Shown: positions 8,410 to 17,012 of the stretch, piece by piece | Numbering within the stretch: position 1 is the stretch's first letter | Layout: each line of letters opens with the position of its first letter | Origin: Candidatus Electrothrix sp. GW3-4 | GTDB taxonomy: Bacteria > Desulfobacterota > Desulfobulbia > Desulfobulbales > Desulfobulbaceae | NCBI RefSeq assembly: GCF_037902255.1 | Contig: NZ_CP147990.1 | Location: 2,880,001 to 2,912,000 of the forward strand | Length of the DNA stretch: 32,000 bases | Reading direction: 5' to 3' | Position numbers and translations under genes: made by a program | Notes under the pieces: model-generated | What the model was told of the DNA's origin: nothing | Database searches by the model: none | Seen by the model: only the letters and a program-made list of their open reading frames with translations

Positions 8410-10066
8410 GAGCATCCTCAAAAAGCTAACCTCTCATACAGGCAATACTGCAAGACTTGCCTTGGCATTTGTTCAAAGAACGCCAAAAATCGAGCGATAA
8501 TATGATTCAGCTGGCTGCGTAAAAGTAAAAACCGTGAAAGATATAAATTTTCAAGCTGTTCCTGCAACTTCCTGAGCAGAACCATCAGATTCATGACCAG
8601 GAAGATACAGTTGATCCATGCTTCAGAGGTTCTCTGAAGTTTTGCCCGGATGTAGTTGAGTCGGTAGCCGTTTTTTCCTTGGCCAAATTTCCCCTCAATG
8701 GGGATCCGTTCTCGACTATCCCGAATTCGTTGTGCTTTCAGTTCCCGAAGACGTTCTTTGTTTTCTTCTGTCTCTTTCGGGGACCTGCCCAATCGTTTAC
8801 CACCAAATCGAATACCTTTCTCTTTGAGATATTTACGGTTTTCTCTTGTTCCGTAAATCTGATCAGCCAGTACGACTGCCGGATAGTAACCATTCCGGCG
8901 CTTGTAACTCTCCACTTGCTCACGCAAATCCGTGCCTTCGTTGAAGGCATCCCAACCAATATGATCGACAAAAGCCAAACCATCGACCATGCTCACGCTG
9001 AGTTTGGCACCGAACTCCACATTTTTACCTGCTTTCCCACGAACTATCGGTCGTACATGAGGTTGGGCAATGGAAACAATTCGGTCATCGCAGCGTCGTT
9101 TTCGTTTTTTATACATCTCATCCTGCTGGCGATACACATGCTGAATGATCCAATACTGTCGTTGTTGCTGATGGGGAAGTGGAAAAGGTGCCGTTTCAAC
9201 ATTGTCAAGCAACTCATCAATATATCGCAGATTTCTTCGGATGTACTGTAATTGCTGCCGAAGTCCGCGCCGCAGAATTTTTCGGCCTGGTTTCTTTTTC
9301 TTAGCCAGATTCAGGTAGTTTTTACGGGCAAGTCTCCGATATGTTCTGGGCTTTTTGGCGTAGTCACTCTGTTTGTACAGATCATCAATCAGCTGCTCGG
9401 AAATCTCACGAGCTTCGTTGAGTAAACTCAGATCAGTCGGGTAACGAATCGCTTGCTCAGCAACCGTTGCATCGACAAGCATTTTTCCCTTATTTTCAAC
9501 GGGCTCTTCCTGACTCTCATCCTCTTTTTCGTCTTCATTTGCCGTACTTTTCTTTGAGAGAGCAAGTTTTTCCAAAATCACTTCTTCAAAAGCAGAAAAA
9601 ACATCTTTTCCCATGCGCTTGCGAATTTCAACAAACAGGCTGGGAGCTAGAGGTCGCTTGTCTTGAAAACAAGAAAATCCAACAAAATATTGAAGATAGG
9701 GATTCTCCTGGATCTGAAGTACGGTTTCTTCATCACTGAGCGTCAACTTGTGCTTAATGATTAACGCGCCGATCACCAATCTGGCATCTTTGGCTGGTCG
9801 TCCTTGATGCGGGTCCAAAGTTCGATAATATCTGATGGCGAACTCATCCCACGGAATAACTTTATGCCATTTGATCCATCTGTTTTCAGGGTTCAGTTTA
9901 CCTCCAAACGGAAGGCTGAATCCTTCAAGTGTAAGCTGTCTGTCACTGGTGTACCTGATCATGTGCATGCCTTATGAGGGGGTGAACGTCAAAAACATGC
10001 ATATTTTACAATATTTTTACAACTTTTTCATTTAAAATCAGTGCACTGAGGCTTTTTAAGGGCAAT
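8410..10066 (-). mobile_element. Insertion sequence, 1657 bp, IS5/IS1182-superfamily-like, single DDE transposase
   Basis: It is bounded by the 8-bp direct repeat CTATATTA. The ends GAGCATCCTCAAAAAGC and (reverse complement) ATTGCCCTTAAAAAGC form imperfect IRs sharing CCTYAAAAAGC. It contains one 516-aa transposase ORF. Confidence 0.85.
8418..9968 (-). CDS. DDE transposase (InsH-type N-terminal domain, IS5/IS1182 family-like)
   Basis: The N-terminus (QLTLEGFSLPFGGKLNPENRWIKWHKVIPWDEF...GRPAKDARLVIGALIIKHKLTLSDEETV..IQENPYLQYFVGF) is the pattern I associate with IS5/IS1182-type transposases. The 516-aa length fits. Confidence 0.8.
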   Translation of the reverse strand: MHMIRYTSDRQLTLEGFSLPFGGKLNPENRWIKWHKVIPWDEFAIRYYRTLDPHQGRPAKDARLVIGALIIKHKLTLSDEETVLQIQENPYLQYFVGFSCFQDKRPLAPSLFVEIRKRMGKDVFSAFEEVILEKLALSKKSTANEDEKEDESQEEPVENKGKMLVDATVAEQAIRYPTDLSLLNEAREISEQLIDDLYKQSDYAKKPRTYRRLARKNYLNLAKKKKPGRKILRRGLRQQLQYIRRNLRYIDELLDNVETAPFPLPHQQQRQYWIIQHVYRQQDEMYKKRKRRCDDRIVSIAQPHVRPIVRGKAGKNVEFGAKLSVSMVDGLAFVDHIGWDAFNEGTDLREQVESYKRRNGYYPAVVLADQIYGTRENRKYLKEKGIRFGGKRLGRSPKETEENKERLRELKAQRIRDSRERIPIEGKFGQGKNGYRLNYIRAKLQRTSEAWINCIFLVMNLMVLLRKLQEQLENLYLSRFLLLRSQLNHIIARFLAFFEQMPRQVLQYCLYERLAF

Positions 10067-10649
10067 CTATATTATGGCATTGCTCGATTTTCGCACTTTC
10101 ATGACTGAGCAGCAGAAAGGAATCGGTTTCTGAAGTGGCTGCCGTCATTTCAAGCCGGGCCCGCTTGCCGCCAGCAATGGCCAAGCCCCACCGCTCCACT
10201 TTGGCCACCGCCGTGATACAATACACCTCCCGAAAACTGTAACGACCTTGGGTAACCTGCAAGGTGATATCCTCTTTTAACGCGCTCCAATTGGTAATGA
10301 GGCGACAACGTGGTTCATGACCATGAAAGATAAAACTCCCTGGACGCTTAAGGCTGACCACCTGTTTGCTCCAATAATCAATATGTCCCTCGTCGTTCTG
10401 TTCCTGCCCTGTGCCCGAATAGATTTGTTGAACATCCTGATCTAAACACCATCCCAAGGGATTTAAGGGCAGTGAAGGACTGTGCTCTACGTCCACTTCG
10501 AGGTGGAGGTCTGTCAGAGTTAATAAGGGTTGCAGGTAACCATTTTGGATTTGACAAAGTTCGCCCGGATGAATCTTCCGGGTGAGGGGCTGCATGGGCA
10601 GCCAGCCGGTCTGTAGATAGCAACGCCGGTAAAAAGCGTGATTCAGCAT
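10056..10649 (-). pseudogene. 5' fragment (194 native codons + 3 IS-derived codons) of the IS-disrupted ~282-aa gene of unknown function
   Basis: Good RBS (AGGAGAG) upstream of the ATG at 10649. The last codons D-C-P-stop are read from the IS terminal repeat. Confidence 0.75.
10067..10074. repeat. 8-bp target-site duplication CTATATTA (high-coordinate copy)
   Basis: See 8402-8409. Confidence 0.8.
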
Positions 10650-10707
10650 ATACGTCTCTCCTGGCTTTTATGCGCCCGGGATGAAGCGCGTTCTCGTTTG
10701 CACAGCA

Positions 10708-11355
10708 TTATGCAGCAAAAGCAGCAGCTTTTTCCGCAGCTAAACCGGCTTTCAGTGAGTTGAGGTTGTTTTGGGCATTGGTGAGTTGTTTCTGAGCATA
10801 ATCTAATACCTTCCCCCCCATCACATCCGCTTCCCTCTCCAACCCCGCATCATCATTCACATTCACGCCCCCTTTCATCTGCATGGTGGGCTGCACTCTG
10901 CCTTGCTTCTGCTGTACCACATGCCATGCCTCATGCGGCAGGTGCTTTTCTTGCCCAGGGGCAATATGAATATCAGTCCCTTGCGTATAGGCATGGGCTT
11001 GCAGTTGCGCAGGCTTATCAGAATGATAATGCACATTAACGTCATCCATCGAATAGCCAGACAGATTCTCAATGCCAGACTTTAAGTTGTCCGGCAAACC
11101 TGTGTTGTTCGCCTGCTTCTGCACCAGCTCTTCCGCTCTGCGCTGCCTGACACCATGAAAGTTCTTCGCCTGCAAAACTTTCCGCTCCGACTGTTCCCCA
11201 GCCTTTGTAGGCATCTTCGCCCGCAACTGTACTGTGGACTGCCGGTTGTCCACGAAAGAGAAGCCCCGTGCCCGGCCATTCTTTTTTCTCTGCGCAACAG
11301 CATGAGCGACCGAAGTGTAGTTGTTCTTATTTTCTTTTTCCTGGTATTCCTGCAT
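10708..11355 (-). CDS. Short DUF4157 (eCIS-core, HExxH) domain protein without an obvious toxin domain
   Basis: Residues 1-157 are paralogous to the 424-aa protein (LPDNLKSGIENLSGYSMDDVNVHYHSDKPAQLQAHAYTQGTDIHIAPG..LPHEAWHVVQQ). A short Ala/Asn-rich tail follows. RBS GGGGAGGA lies upstream. Confidence 0.7.
   Translation of the reverse strand: MQEYQEKENKNNYTSVAHAVAQRKKNGRARGFSFVDNRQSTVQLRAKMPTKAGEQSERKVLQAKNFHGVRQRRAEELVQKQANNTGLPDNLKSGIENLSGYSMDDVNVHYHSDKPAQLQAHAYTQGTDIHIAPGQEKHLPHEAWHVVQQKQGRVQPTMQMKGGVNVNDDAGLEREADVMGGKVLDYAQKQLTNAQNNLNSLKAGLAAEKAAAFAA
10885..11355. repeat. Paralogous ~471-bp DUF4157 module, copy 2
   Basis: See 6282..6752. Confidence 0.8.
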
Positions 11356-11509
11356 CCCTCGTCCTCCCCTTTTTTTGTTGCTGCCAGCAGAACCTGCGTG
11401 CGACTTCCCGCTGCCAATAACCGCTAAAAATATCTACATTTTTTCATCAAACCCCGTCCATTCCAATTTTTTTTGGCACCGAGTTTCGATAATGCCCTTC
11501 ACCTCCAGC

Positions 11510-12637
11510 TTACTCCGTCCCTCCCCCTAGCGCACAGACCTTCTGTTCTTCTTCTATGGCTTCATTCTCATCGATACGGCGGAGGCCCTCCATGATCAGC
11601 CCCATAAAGCCTCCCAGGACCGGAAGTTGTCTTTCCTCCTCAGAGAGCCCCTTGCTATAGAAGAACTGACCATCCTGTTTCGCAAGTATATGAAACACAG
11701 CATTTTTCCCTTCATACCTATCGCACTTGCAAAAAACTATTTCTCCTGCATTGAAGAGAACGCCCCCCTTACATCCATCAAAGATAAAATCAACCTTTCC
11801 GGTTTTTCCGCCGGAATTGATCAATTGAAACAGTTCCACTGTATTGATATCCGAGAGCTCGCCATTCATACCGGACGTGATGTTTCCCGCCCGAAGCGTA
11901 TTCTTCTGGACGCGATCCACCAGCACCCTATAGAAAAAAACCTGCAAAACAGGATGGGTGGAAAGAGTAGATTTAAAGTCCGTGGCCTTTAATGAGGCCA
12001 ATTCCACCGGCGTCTTTGAATGCACCGCAGAAGAAGTCAATTCGCCGGAGAGCAGACTCATCTCGCCAAAGATATCTCCCGGTCCGAGTTCGGCTATCAC
12101 ACCGGTATCATCCCGCACCACAGCCACTTCTCCGGCTAAAACGACATAAAAATGCGTCCCCATAGCGCCAGACTCAATAATGATGGTATTGGCCGGATGT
12201 TTTTCCAGCTTCATCAGGAGAGCCAGATCCTGCAGATCGAAATCATCAAGAGGTTCAAAAAGTTCCATCCCCCGGAGGAGCTCAAAAAACTTTCCGACGA
12301 GCTGATTCTTTGCCCGTTTTTTCGAGAGCTCAAGAAGATTCATCTGTAAGGTGGAATAAGCAACCTCCTTTTTGTATTCAAAGCGAATGAGCCCTGTACA
12401 CCCGCCGCACTCAAATTTCTTTTGCCTTACCCCTGGCTGGGAGGGGACGGCAAGACGATGCTTAAGGAGATTGCTTTCGTCCAGTGCTGTGAGGAGTTCC
12501 TGCACCAGCCACACGCAGAGTTCCTTATTTCCTCCTGCAGAGATGGTTGAATCACGGATGATAAATTCATCTCCTACCCGATACACAGGACAGGTATGTT
12601 CTTCTGTAACAACAAAGACGGCATTACGACGATACAC
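11510..12637 (-). CDS. Cyclic-nucleotide-binding (CAP-effector) domain protein with a C-terminal DUF4388-like domain
   Basis: Central block FYVVLAGEVAVV...LGPGDIFGEMSLL...SAVHSKTPVELASL is a cNMP-binding beta-roll with the FGE motif. The C-terminus (LFQLINSGGKTGKVDF...GGVLFNAGEIVFC...GKNAVFHIL) resembles DUF4388. Confidence 0.7.
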   Translation of the reverse strand: MYRRNAVFVVTEEHTCPVYRVGDEFIIRDSTISAGGNKELCVWLVQELLTALDESNLLKHRLAVPSQPGVRQKKFECGGCTGLIRFEYKKEVAYSTLQMNLLELSKKRAKNQLVGKFFELLRGMELFEPLDDFDLQDLALLMKLEKHPANTIIIESGAMGTHFYVVLAGEVAVVRDDTGVIAELGPGDIFGEMSLLSGELTSSAVHSKTPVELASLKATDFKSTLSTHPVLQVFFYRVLVDRVQKNTLRAGNITSGMNGELSDINTVELFQLINSGGKTGKVDFIFDGCKGGVLFNAGEIVFCKCDRYEGKNAVFHILAKQDGQFFYSKGLSEEERQLPVLGGFMGLIMEGLRRIDENEAIEEEQKVCALGGGTE

Positions 12638-12988
12638 GATTATACACCGATTAAATTTTATTCAGGTGGAATTGCGAGAGGAGGGCAGACAAATACAAGG
12701 ACTCTTATTTTATTCAAGGTCTTATTTTTCCGGTTATTTGCTCTTATCAGTTTAACTGATTTGGAGAAAGGAACAAGTCTAATATCGTCGCAGCTCAGAT
12801 TATCCTTGGTGACAATTGAGGACAGAATAATTATCGGGATAAAACCTGTGGTGCAGACGTGTCCTGTATCATTTTTTTACCCATAGAAGCAACGAGATAA
12901 GGCGAATCAAAGAGAGCTGGCGGAAGGGAAGAACAAGGGGCAAGAAAAACCAGGCAAGTTAGGGCAGCTTCGAGTCGTCTTATTCATC

Positions 12989-13873
12989 TTATTCATTAAG
13001 GCCTCCTTGCAAGCTATCATCCTGCTGCTGAACAGAGACGATCCACGGCTCAAGACGACGACCATAGGCCAGCTTGACCTGATAACGGGGTGGCCTCAGG
13101 TCACCGCTCGTTGGTTTATTCCGGGCAAGAGCGGCCTCAAGTTGCTTCCGATACTTGAGGGGGACATGAATACGTTCTATGCTTAACGCTTTGATCTGCC
13201 CGAAAACTTCTTCCCTCTTCTTTTTGTACATATATCCAGGTTTGACCAATCCCTTGGTAATGATGAACCGGGTTCGGTCCTGATATTTTTCTCGTAATTG
13301 TACGGGATCAAGTCCTGCATCAAGGACAAAGAGACGGGACGCACTTATGCGCTCCCGCTGCAACTCATCTTTAGCCCGTTCAACCTCATCGCGCAGGTTT
13401 TTGTCTCCACTGTTGAGCCGAGCGGCCTCTTTCTTCATTTCCAAGACACGTTCTGCTCTCCTGGCAGCTTCCTGATAGAGTTCCCCATCATTTTCCAGGA
13501 CAAGAAAGACCTCTTTGCTCACGAATCGGTCGGAACGCCACCCTGTATTCTTTGCCTGAAGATACTGTTCTATCTGAAAGCCTACCTCCTCTAATTTATC
13601 GGCATTGAACCAGACAGGCGTTCCCCAATGGCCATAATGGATAGACTCTTCATCCTGGCTCAAGGTTCGCCAGGCAAGTTGCAGAGAGATCCCGCTATTC
13701 TCTTTCACCCATTGTCGCGAGAGCGGCAGCTCTCTTTCAGTAAGGAAAATCTCTGCCTCCGGGGTTCCAGATCTATTGAAAGCAACGCCAGAGAGCACCG
13801 CAATATTAACGCCTATGATGAGGACAAAACCGAGGGTAAATAAGGCACGGGAAGAGAGACGGAGTTTCATCAT
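12989..13873 (-). CDS. Membrane-anchored protein of unknown function (possibly DUF4824-like partner of the upstream DUF2157-like gene)
   Basis: There is an N-terminal TM/signal anchor (RALFTLGFVLIIGVNIAVLSGVAF). The start overlaps the upstream stop (ATGATGA). The family name is a weak recollection only. Confidence 0.45.
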   Translation of the reverse strand: MMKLRLSSRALFTLGFVLIIGVNIAVLSGVAFNRSGTPEAEIFLTERELPLSRQWVKENSGISLQLAWRTLSQDEESIHYGHWGTPVWFNADKLEEVGFQIEQYLQAKNTGWRSDRFVSKEVFLVLENDGELYQEAARRAERVLEMKKEAARLNSGDKNLRDEVERAKDELQRERISASRLFVLDAGLDPVQLREKYQDRTRFIITKGLVKPGYMYKKKREEVFGQIKALSIERIHVPLKYRKQLEAALARNKPTSGDLRPPRYQVKLAYGRRLEPWIVSVQQQDDSLQGGLNE

Positions 13874-14942
13874 GCTTCCTCCTGTACGTTGTTGCTGTAT
13901 GATCTTCGCAGCCGTTTAAAAATCAAGAGGATACCGATGGCGGTCAGGCCGACAAGCAGAAAGAAGAGATACTTGGGCAGCCACTCCCACCACCAGTCAT
14001 AAAATTTTGTATAGAGGAAGATGGTAAAAAAGGTGTTGCCGGTATTGACGACCTCGGGCCAGCCATTCCGTATCCCGAGCCAGATAGCTGCTGCGCTGAA
14101 GACAAAGCCGACAATCTGATAGAGAACCTCAATTGAATCTGCGTCAAAATCCAGATAGCTGATCGCTCCCCAATTCGAGAGGATGAGCACCGGGATAAAA
14201 AAAGGAGCAGGGCAAAAACGCGATAGATGACCGTGAAACCCGAGAACTTATGATGGGGAAGGAAAGAGATCAGGAAAAGAATCAGGGCTGCCGGAAAAAA
14301 ATTCTCTGGTCGTTCACCAAAGGAAATCCAATAGCAGCCGCTCCAGGTCCCGGTCTTGGCAGAGAGAAAGGAGGTCAGACAGATGATGCCTGCTGCCAGG
14401 AGCAAGCGCGCGTCAGCGGCATAGGCAAGAAGAAAGGCAAAGAGCGCCCAGACCAGAAAGGCATTGGGCGTGGGGGTAATATTGAAGATCTGGCCGAACA
14501 TGGAAAGGTTGAGGACAAAACAGGCAAGGCTGACCAGACCGAGGAGCTTGGAGAAATAGCCGGTCTTTTCCCTCTGCGAGGCGTAGAGAGTGCCTGTCAG
14601 ACCAAGCAAGGGGGCTGTGATGAGGATAATAACCTGAATGGTGGTCGTGAATCTGCCCCAGAATTGATAGAAGAGGAAAAAGACACTGGCCGCAAGTCCG
14701 AGCGCACCCAGGAAGGAGGCGATTTTCATCCCCAAGCTGAGCTGCTTTTCCCGTCGGTTGACATCAATATCAAAGGCAGAGGCCAGTTGGGTCAGGAGAT
14801 CCTGGTGGTAATCGGCAATGGCGGAGCGTTGGTTGTCCTGAAGGGAGAAAATATTTTCCTGTTCAAGGAGAGCTACTTCAGCCTGAAAATGTCCGATTTG
14901 ATCAGCCCGGCGCTGGGCCTCGGCTTTTGATTTTATTTGCAT
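13870..14942 (-). pseudogene. Polytopic membrane protein (DUF2157-like) with a -1 frameshift in a homopolymer
   Basis: The 332-aa frame is TM-rich up to ...VIYRVFALLLF, then becomes a hydrophilic S/R/G-rich out-of-frame-looking tail. The overlapping frame (13870..14190) continues with TM-like sequence (IPVLILSNWGAISYL...WWWEWLPKYLFFLLVGLTAIGILLIF). The switch point is the A7 run at 14197-14203. Confidence 0.7.
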
Positions 14943-15051
14943 GGAAACGACCTTACCTATTTAAAGAGTATGTTCCCCTTTTCCAGCAGCTCTCTGGTGA
15001 AAGAATTAGCGGACTGAATGAATCTGTTTAATTCTGATCAGAATATTTTCC

Positions 15052-15387
15052 CTAATCAAGTAACAAGTTGGTATCAATCACATGATATTTTTCTTTCCAT
15101 TCCGACAATCCTAGGCCGCAGTTAAAGTTTTCTCCTGGAATTACGAACTGCTTACATTCTTCAGGATATTCATCAGTATCATGTATTTTACAAAAAGCCT
15201 TATGCCAACCTTTCTTTTTTTCATCATAAGTTGGAGGGATTAAATGAATGCAGGGCTTTCCCTCCGGTTTAATTCCTTCGGGATATCCAACAACTCCCCT
15301 CACTTCATATTTTGCACAACAAGCTCCAGATCTTAAACATTTAAACATATTGACACACCCTGTCTGACAATATTTTATTGTCCCCAT
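15052..15387 (-). CDS. Cys-rich protein, YkgJ/CxxCxxCC-type putative zinc- or Fe-S-cluster domain
   Basis: CQTGCVNMFKCLRSGACC ... PCIHL ... FCKIHDTDEYPEECKQF follows the YkgJ-family cysteine pattern. It overlaps the mCpol gene by 13 nt and lies in the AT-rich block. Confidence 0.5.
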   Translation of the reverse strand: MGTIKYCQTGCVNMFKCLRSGACCAKYEVRGVVGYPEGIKPEGKPCIHLIPPTYDEKKKGWHKAFCKIHDTDEYPEECKQFVIPGENFNCGLGLSEWKEKYHVIDTNLLLD

Positions 15388-15758
15388 ATTTTTATTGTAG
15401 TTGCTTCTGCATTTGTTAGAGTAACAACCTGAGCTTTACCCCTAGCTTTAGCTAATTGCAGTGCCAAATATGCTTTTTCAGCAGAATTGCTAATACCCAC
15501 TGAAATAGTGCATACCCCTACAGGTAACAACTCAATAACATTACCCATTTTATCTTTTTCAATATATGCTAGCACACTATCGCCACCACAAAAAACTATG
15601 TTATAACCATTCAACGATAATAATCTACTGATTTTTTTAAAATATATATCAAGTTCATTACTAAAGTTCGAAACATTTTCAATTTCTTCATTAATTATAA
15701 AGGTGCGCAGATGAAGCCCAACATCATCTCCATCAATAGCAATATATGATTTATTCAT
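15375..15758 (-). CDS. Minimal CRISPR-polymerase-like (mCpol) palm-domain nucleotide cyclase, OptS-like
   Basis: It is 127 aa. YIAIDGDDVG is the N-terminal metal-binding strand and FCGGDSVLAY is the GGDEF/GGDD-equivalent. No other domain is present. It sits directly downstream of a TM-SAVED gene. Confidence 0.7.
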   Translation of the reverse strand: MNKSYIAIDGDDVGLHLRTFIINEEIENVSNFSNELDIYFKKISRLLSLNGYNIVFCGGDSVLAYIEKDKMGNVIELLPVGVCTISVGISNSAEKAYLALQLAKARGKAQVVTLTNAEATTIKIWGQ

Positions 15759-15773
15759 AGTAAGTTGCCATAG

Positions 15774-16787
15774 TTAAATATCCAAATTTTGAATGTCTAT
15801 TACACGTTCCCATACTGGTTCAGTATCATTTGGATTGTAAATAATGATATTCGAATTTTCATGCAGTAGTTTTCCAAGAATAAAGGCCAGCGTACAAGGA
15901 AGTCCAGGAAATAAATGTATAGTTCGCCCCTCCATAGTATATCTCGTCAGCACTTCATTAATTTCATAAGAAATTTGAGACATATCCTCTATCTCAATAT
16001 ATTTATTCCTACCCTTAGGAAAGACTTCTACCTTATTATTTGTAATATCTGGGAAAGGTATACGTGACGCGCTAGTGAATGATAAAATTACAGTAATATC
16101 ACCATATTCATTTATTATCTTCTCATTAAATTTTATTTTCTTAACAGAACTTCGACTCTGCGTTCCTTTCAAATTTGGAGCCATAACATATGATGACGTC
16201 GAGTCACAATAATGATATACAACCCAATCTCTTTCTTTTCCTATAGCATACCCAACTCCTATCAATACTGCTGGTTGCGCTATCGTGAATAAATGTAATT
16301 TTGTTTCTATAGGTATTCTCTTAGCATATCTAAAAAAATGATCTGATATATTCTCTACACTATCCTGCCATGATTTAGTTTCTCTAATTGGTTCATCATA
16401 ATATTGCCAATCAATATCAATTATTTTAAATTCTTTTTCTATAAGAAACAAATCGACCTTGTTTCTTTTCAAGACATTTCGTTGTTTTCTAACACTATCT
16501 TTAAAATAATTACTTTTCTTACCAAGACATATTGAATAACCTGAGCTTACATTATATATTGTTATATATACAATTTTCATTGTGTCTATAATAACATATA
16601 ACAAATAAGATACCAAAAGGGTGATTGAAGCATAATCAAGCCAGATAAACCTATTATTGTTTATCGAGTTAGTAATTATTGTCAATACCGTAACTGGAAA
16701 AATAACAATAACTTCGCCATGCAAACCCCATAGCTGATCTATAAATACACAAAGAAAGTTTTTATTATTATCAGGTTGATTCATCAT
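15774..16787 (-). CDS. Transmembrane-SAVED effector (N-terminal TM helices + SAVED nucleotide sensor), OptE/Cap14-like
   Basis: Hydrophobic helices lie within residues ~20-80. Two CARF-like pseudo-repeat signatures are present: LHLFTIAQPAVLIGVGYAIG and IHLFPGLPCTLAFILGKLL. Confidence 0.7.
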   Translation of the reverse strand: MMNQPDNNKNFLCVFIDQLWGLHGEVIVIFPVTVLTIITNSINNNRFIWLDYASITLLVSYLLYVIIDTMKIVYITIYNVSSGYSICLGKKSNYFKDSVRKQRNVLKRNKVDLFLIEKEFKIIDIDWQYYDEPIRETKSWQDSVENISDHFFRYAKRIPIETKLHLFTIAQPAVLIGVGYAIGKERDWVVYHYCDSTSSYVMAPNLKGTQSRSSVKKIKFNEKIINEYGDITVILSFTSASRIPFPDITNNKVEVFPKGRNKYIEIEDMSQISYEINEVLTRYTMEGRTIHLFPGLPCTLAFILGKLLHENSNIIIYNPNDTEPVWERVIDIQNLDI

Positions 16788-17012
16788 TAATAGCTACTCT
16801 GGCACCAGATACATATCAAATAATTTCAAAAAAGGGTCATAGCTATATAATCTACTTACTAATGCTTCACTAGCAGAGCCCTTTTATTTCAACAATGCAA
16901 TCAATCTCAATCACCAGCCCTTCAACTATCTCAACAAAAAAATCAAAAACTCCGATGTCCAGATCTCCAGATCAAACCCTCAGATAACCTGATCTAAAAT
17001 TTAGGTGAGTTT

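Noticed and set aside
4342-11355. Calling this locus an extracellular contractile injection system (eCIS)
   Set aside because: Only cargo-type (DUF4157) and ATPase genes are visible. No sheath, tube, baseplate, spike or tail-fibre genes occur in the window, so an eCIS call is unsupported.
11380-11420. Sigma-54-like TGGCAG...TCGC elements upstream of the short DUF4157 gene
   Set aside because: The spacing and the -12 element do not fit TGGCAC-N5-TTGC. I judge it a chance resemblance.
15031-15044. 14-bp perfect palindrome ATTCTGATCAGAAT just downstream of the Cys-cluster gene, possibly an island boundary or terminator
   Set aside because: It has no loop, there is no second copy at the other island edge, and it lacks a proper T tract on the transcribed strand. 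It could be chance in AT-rich DNA.
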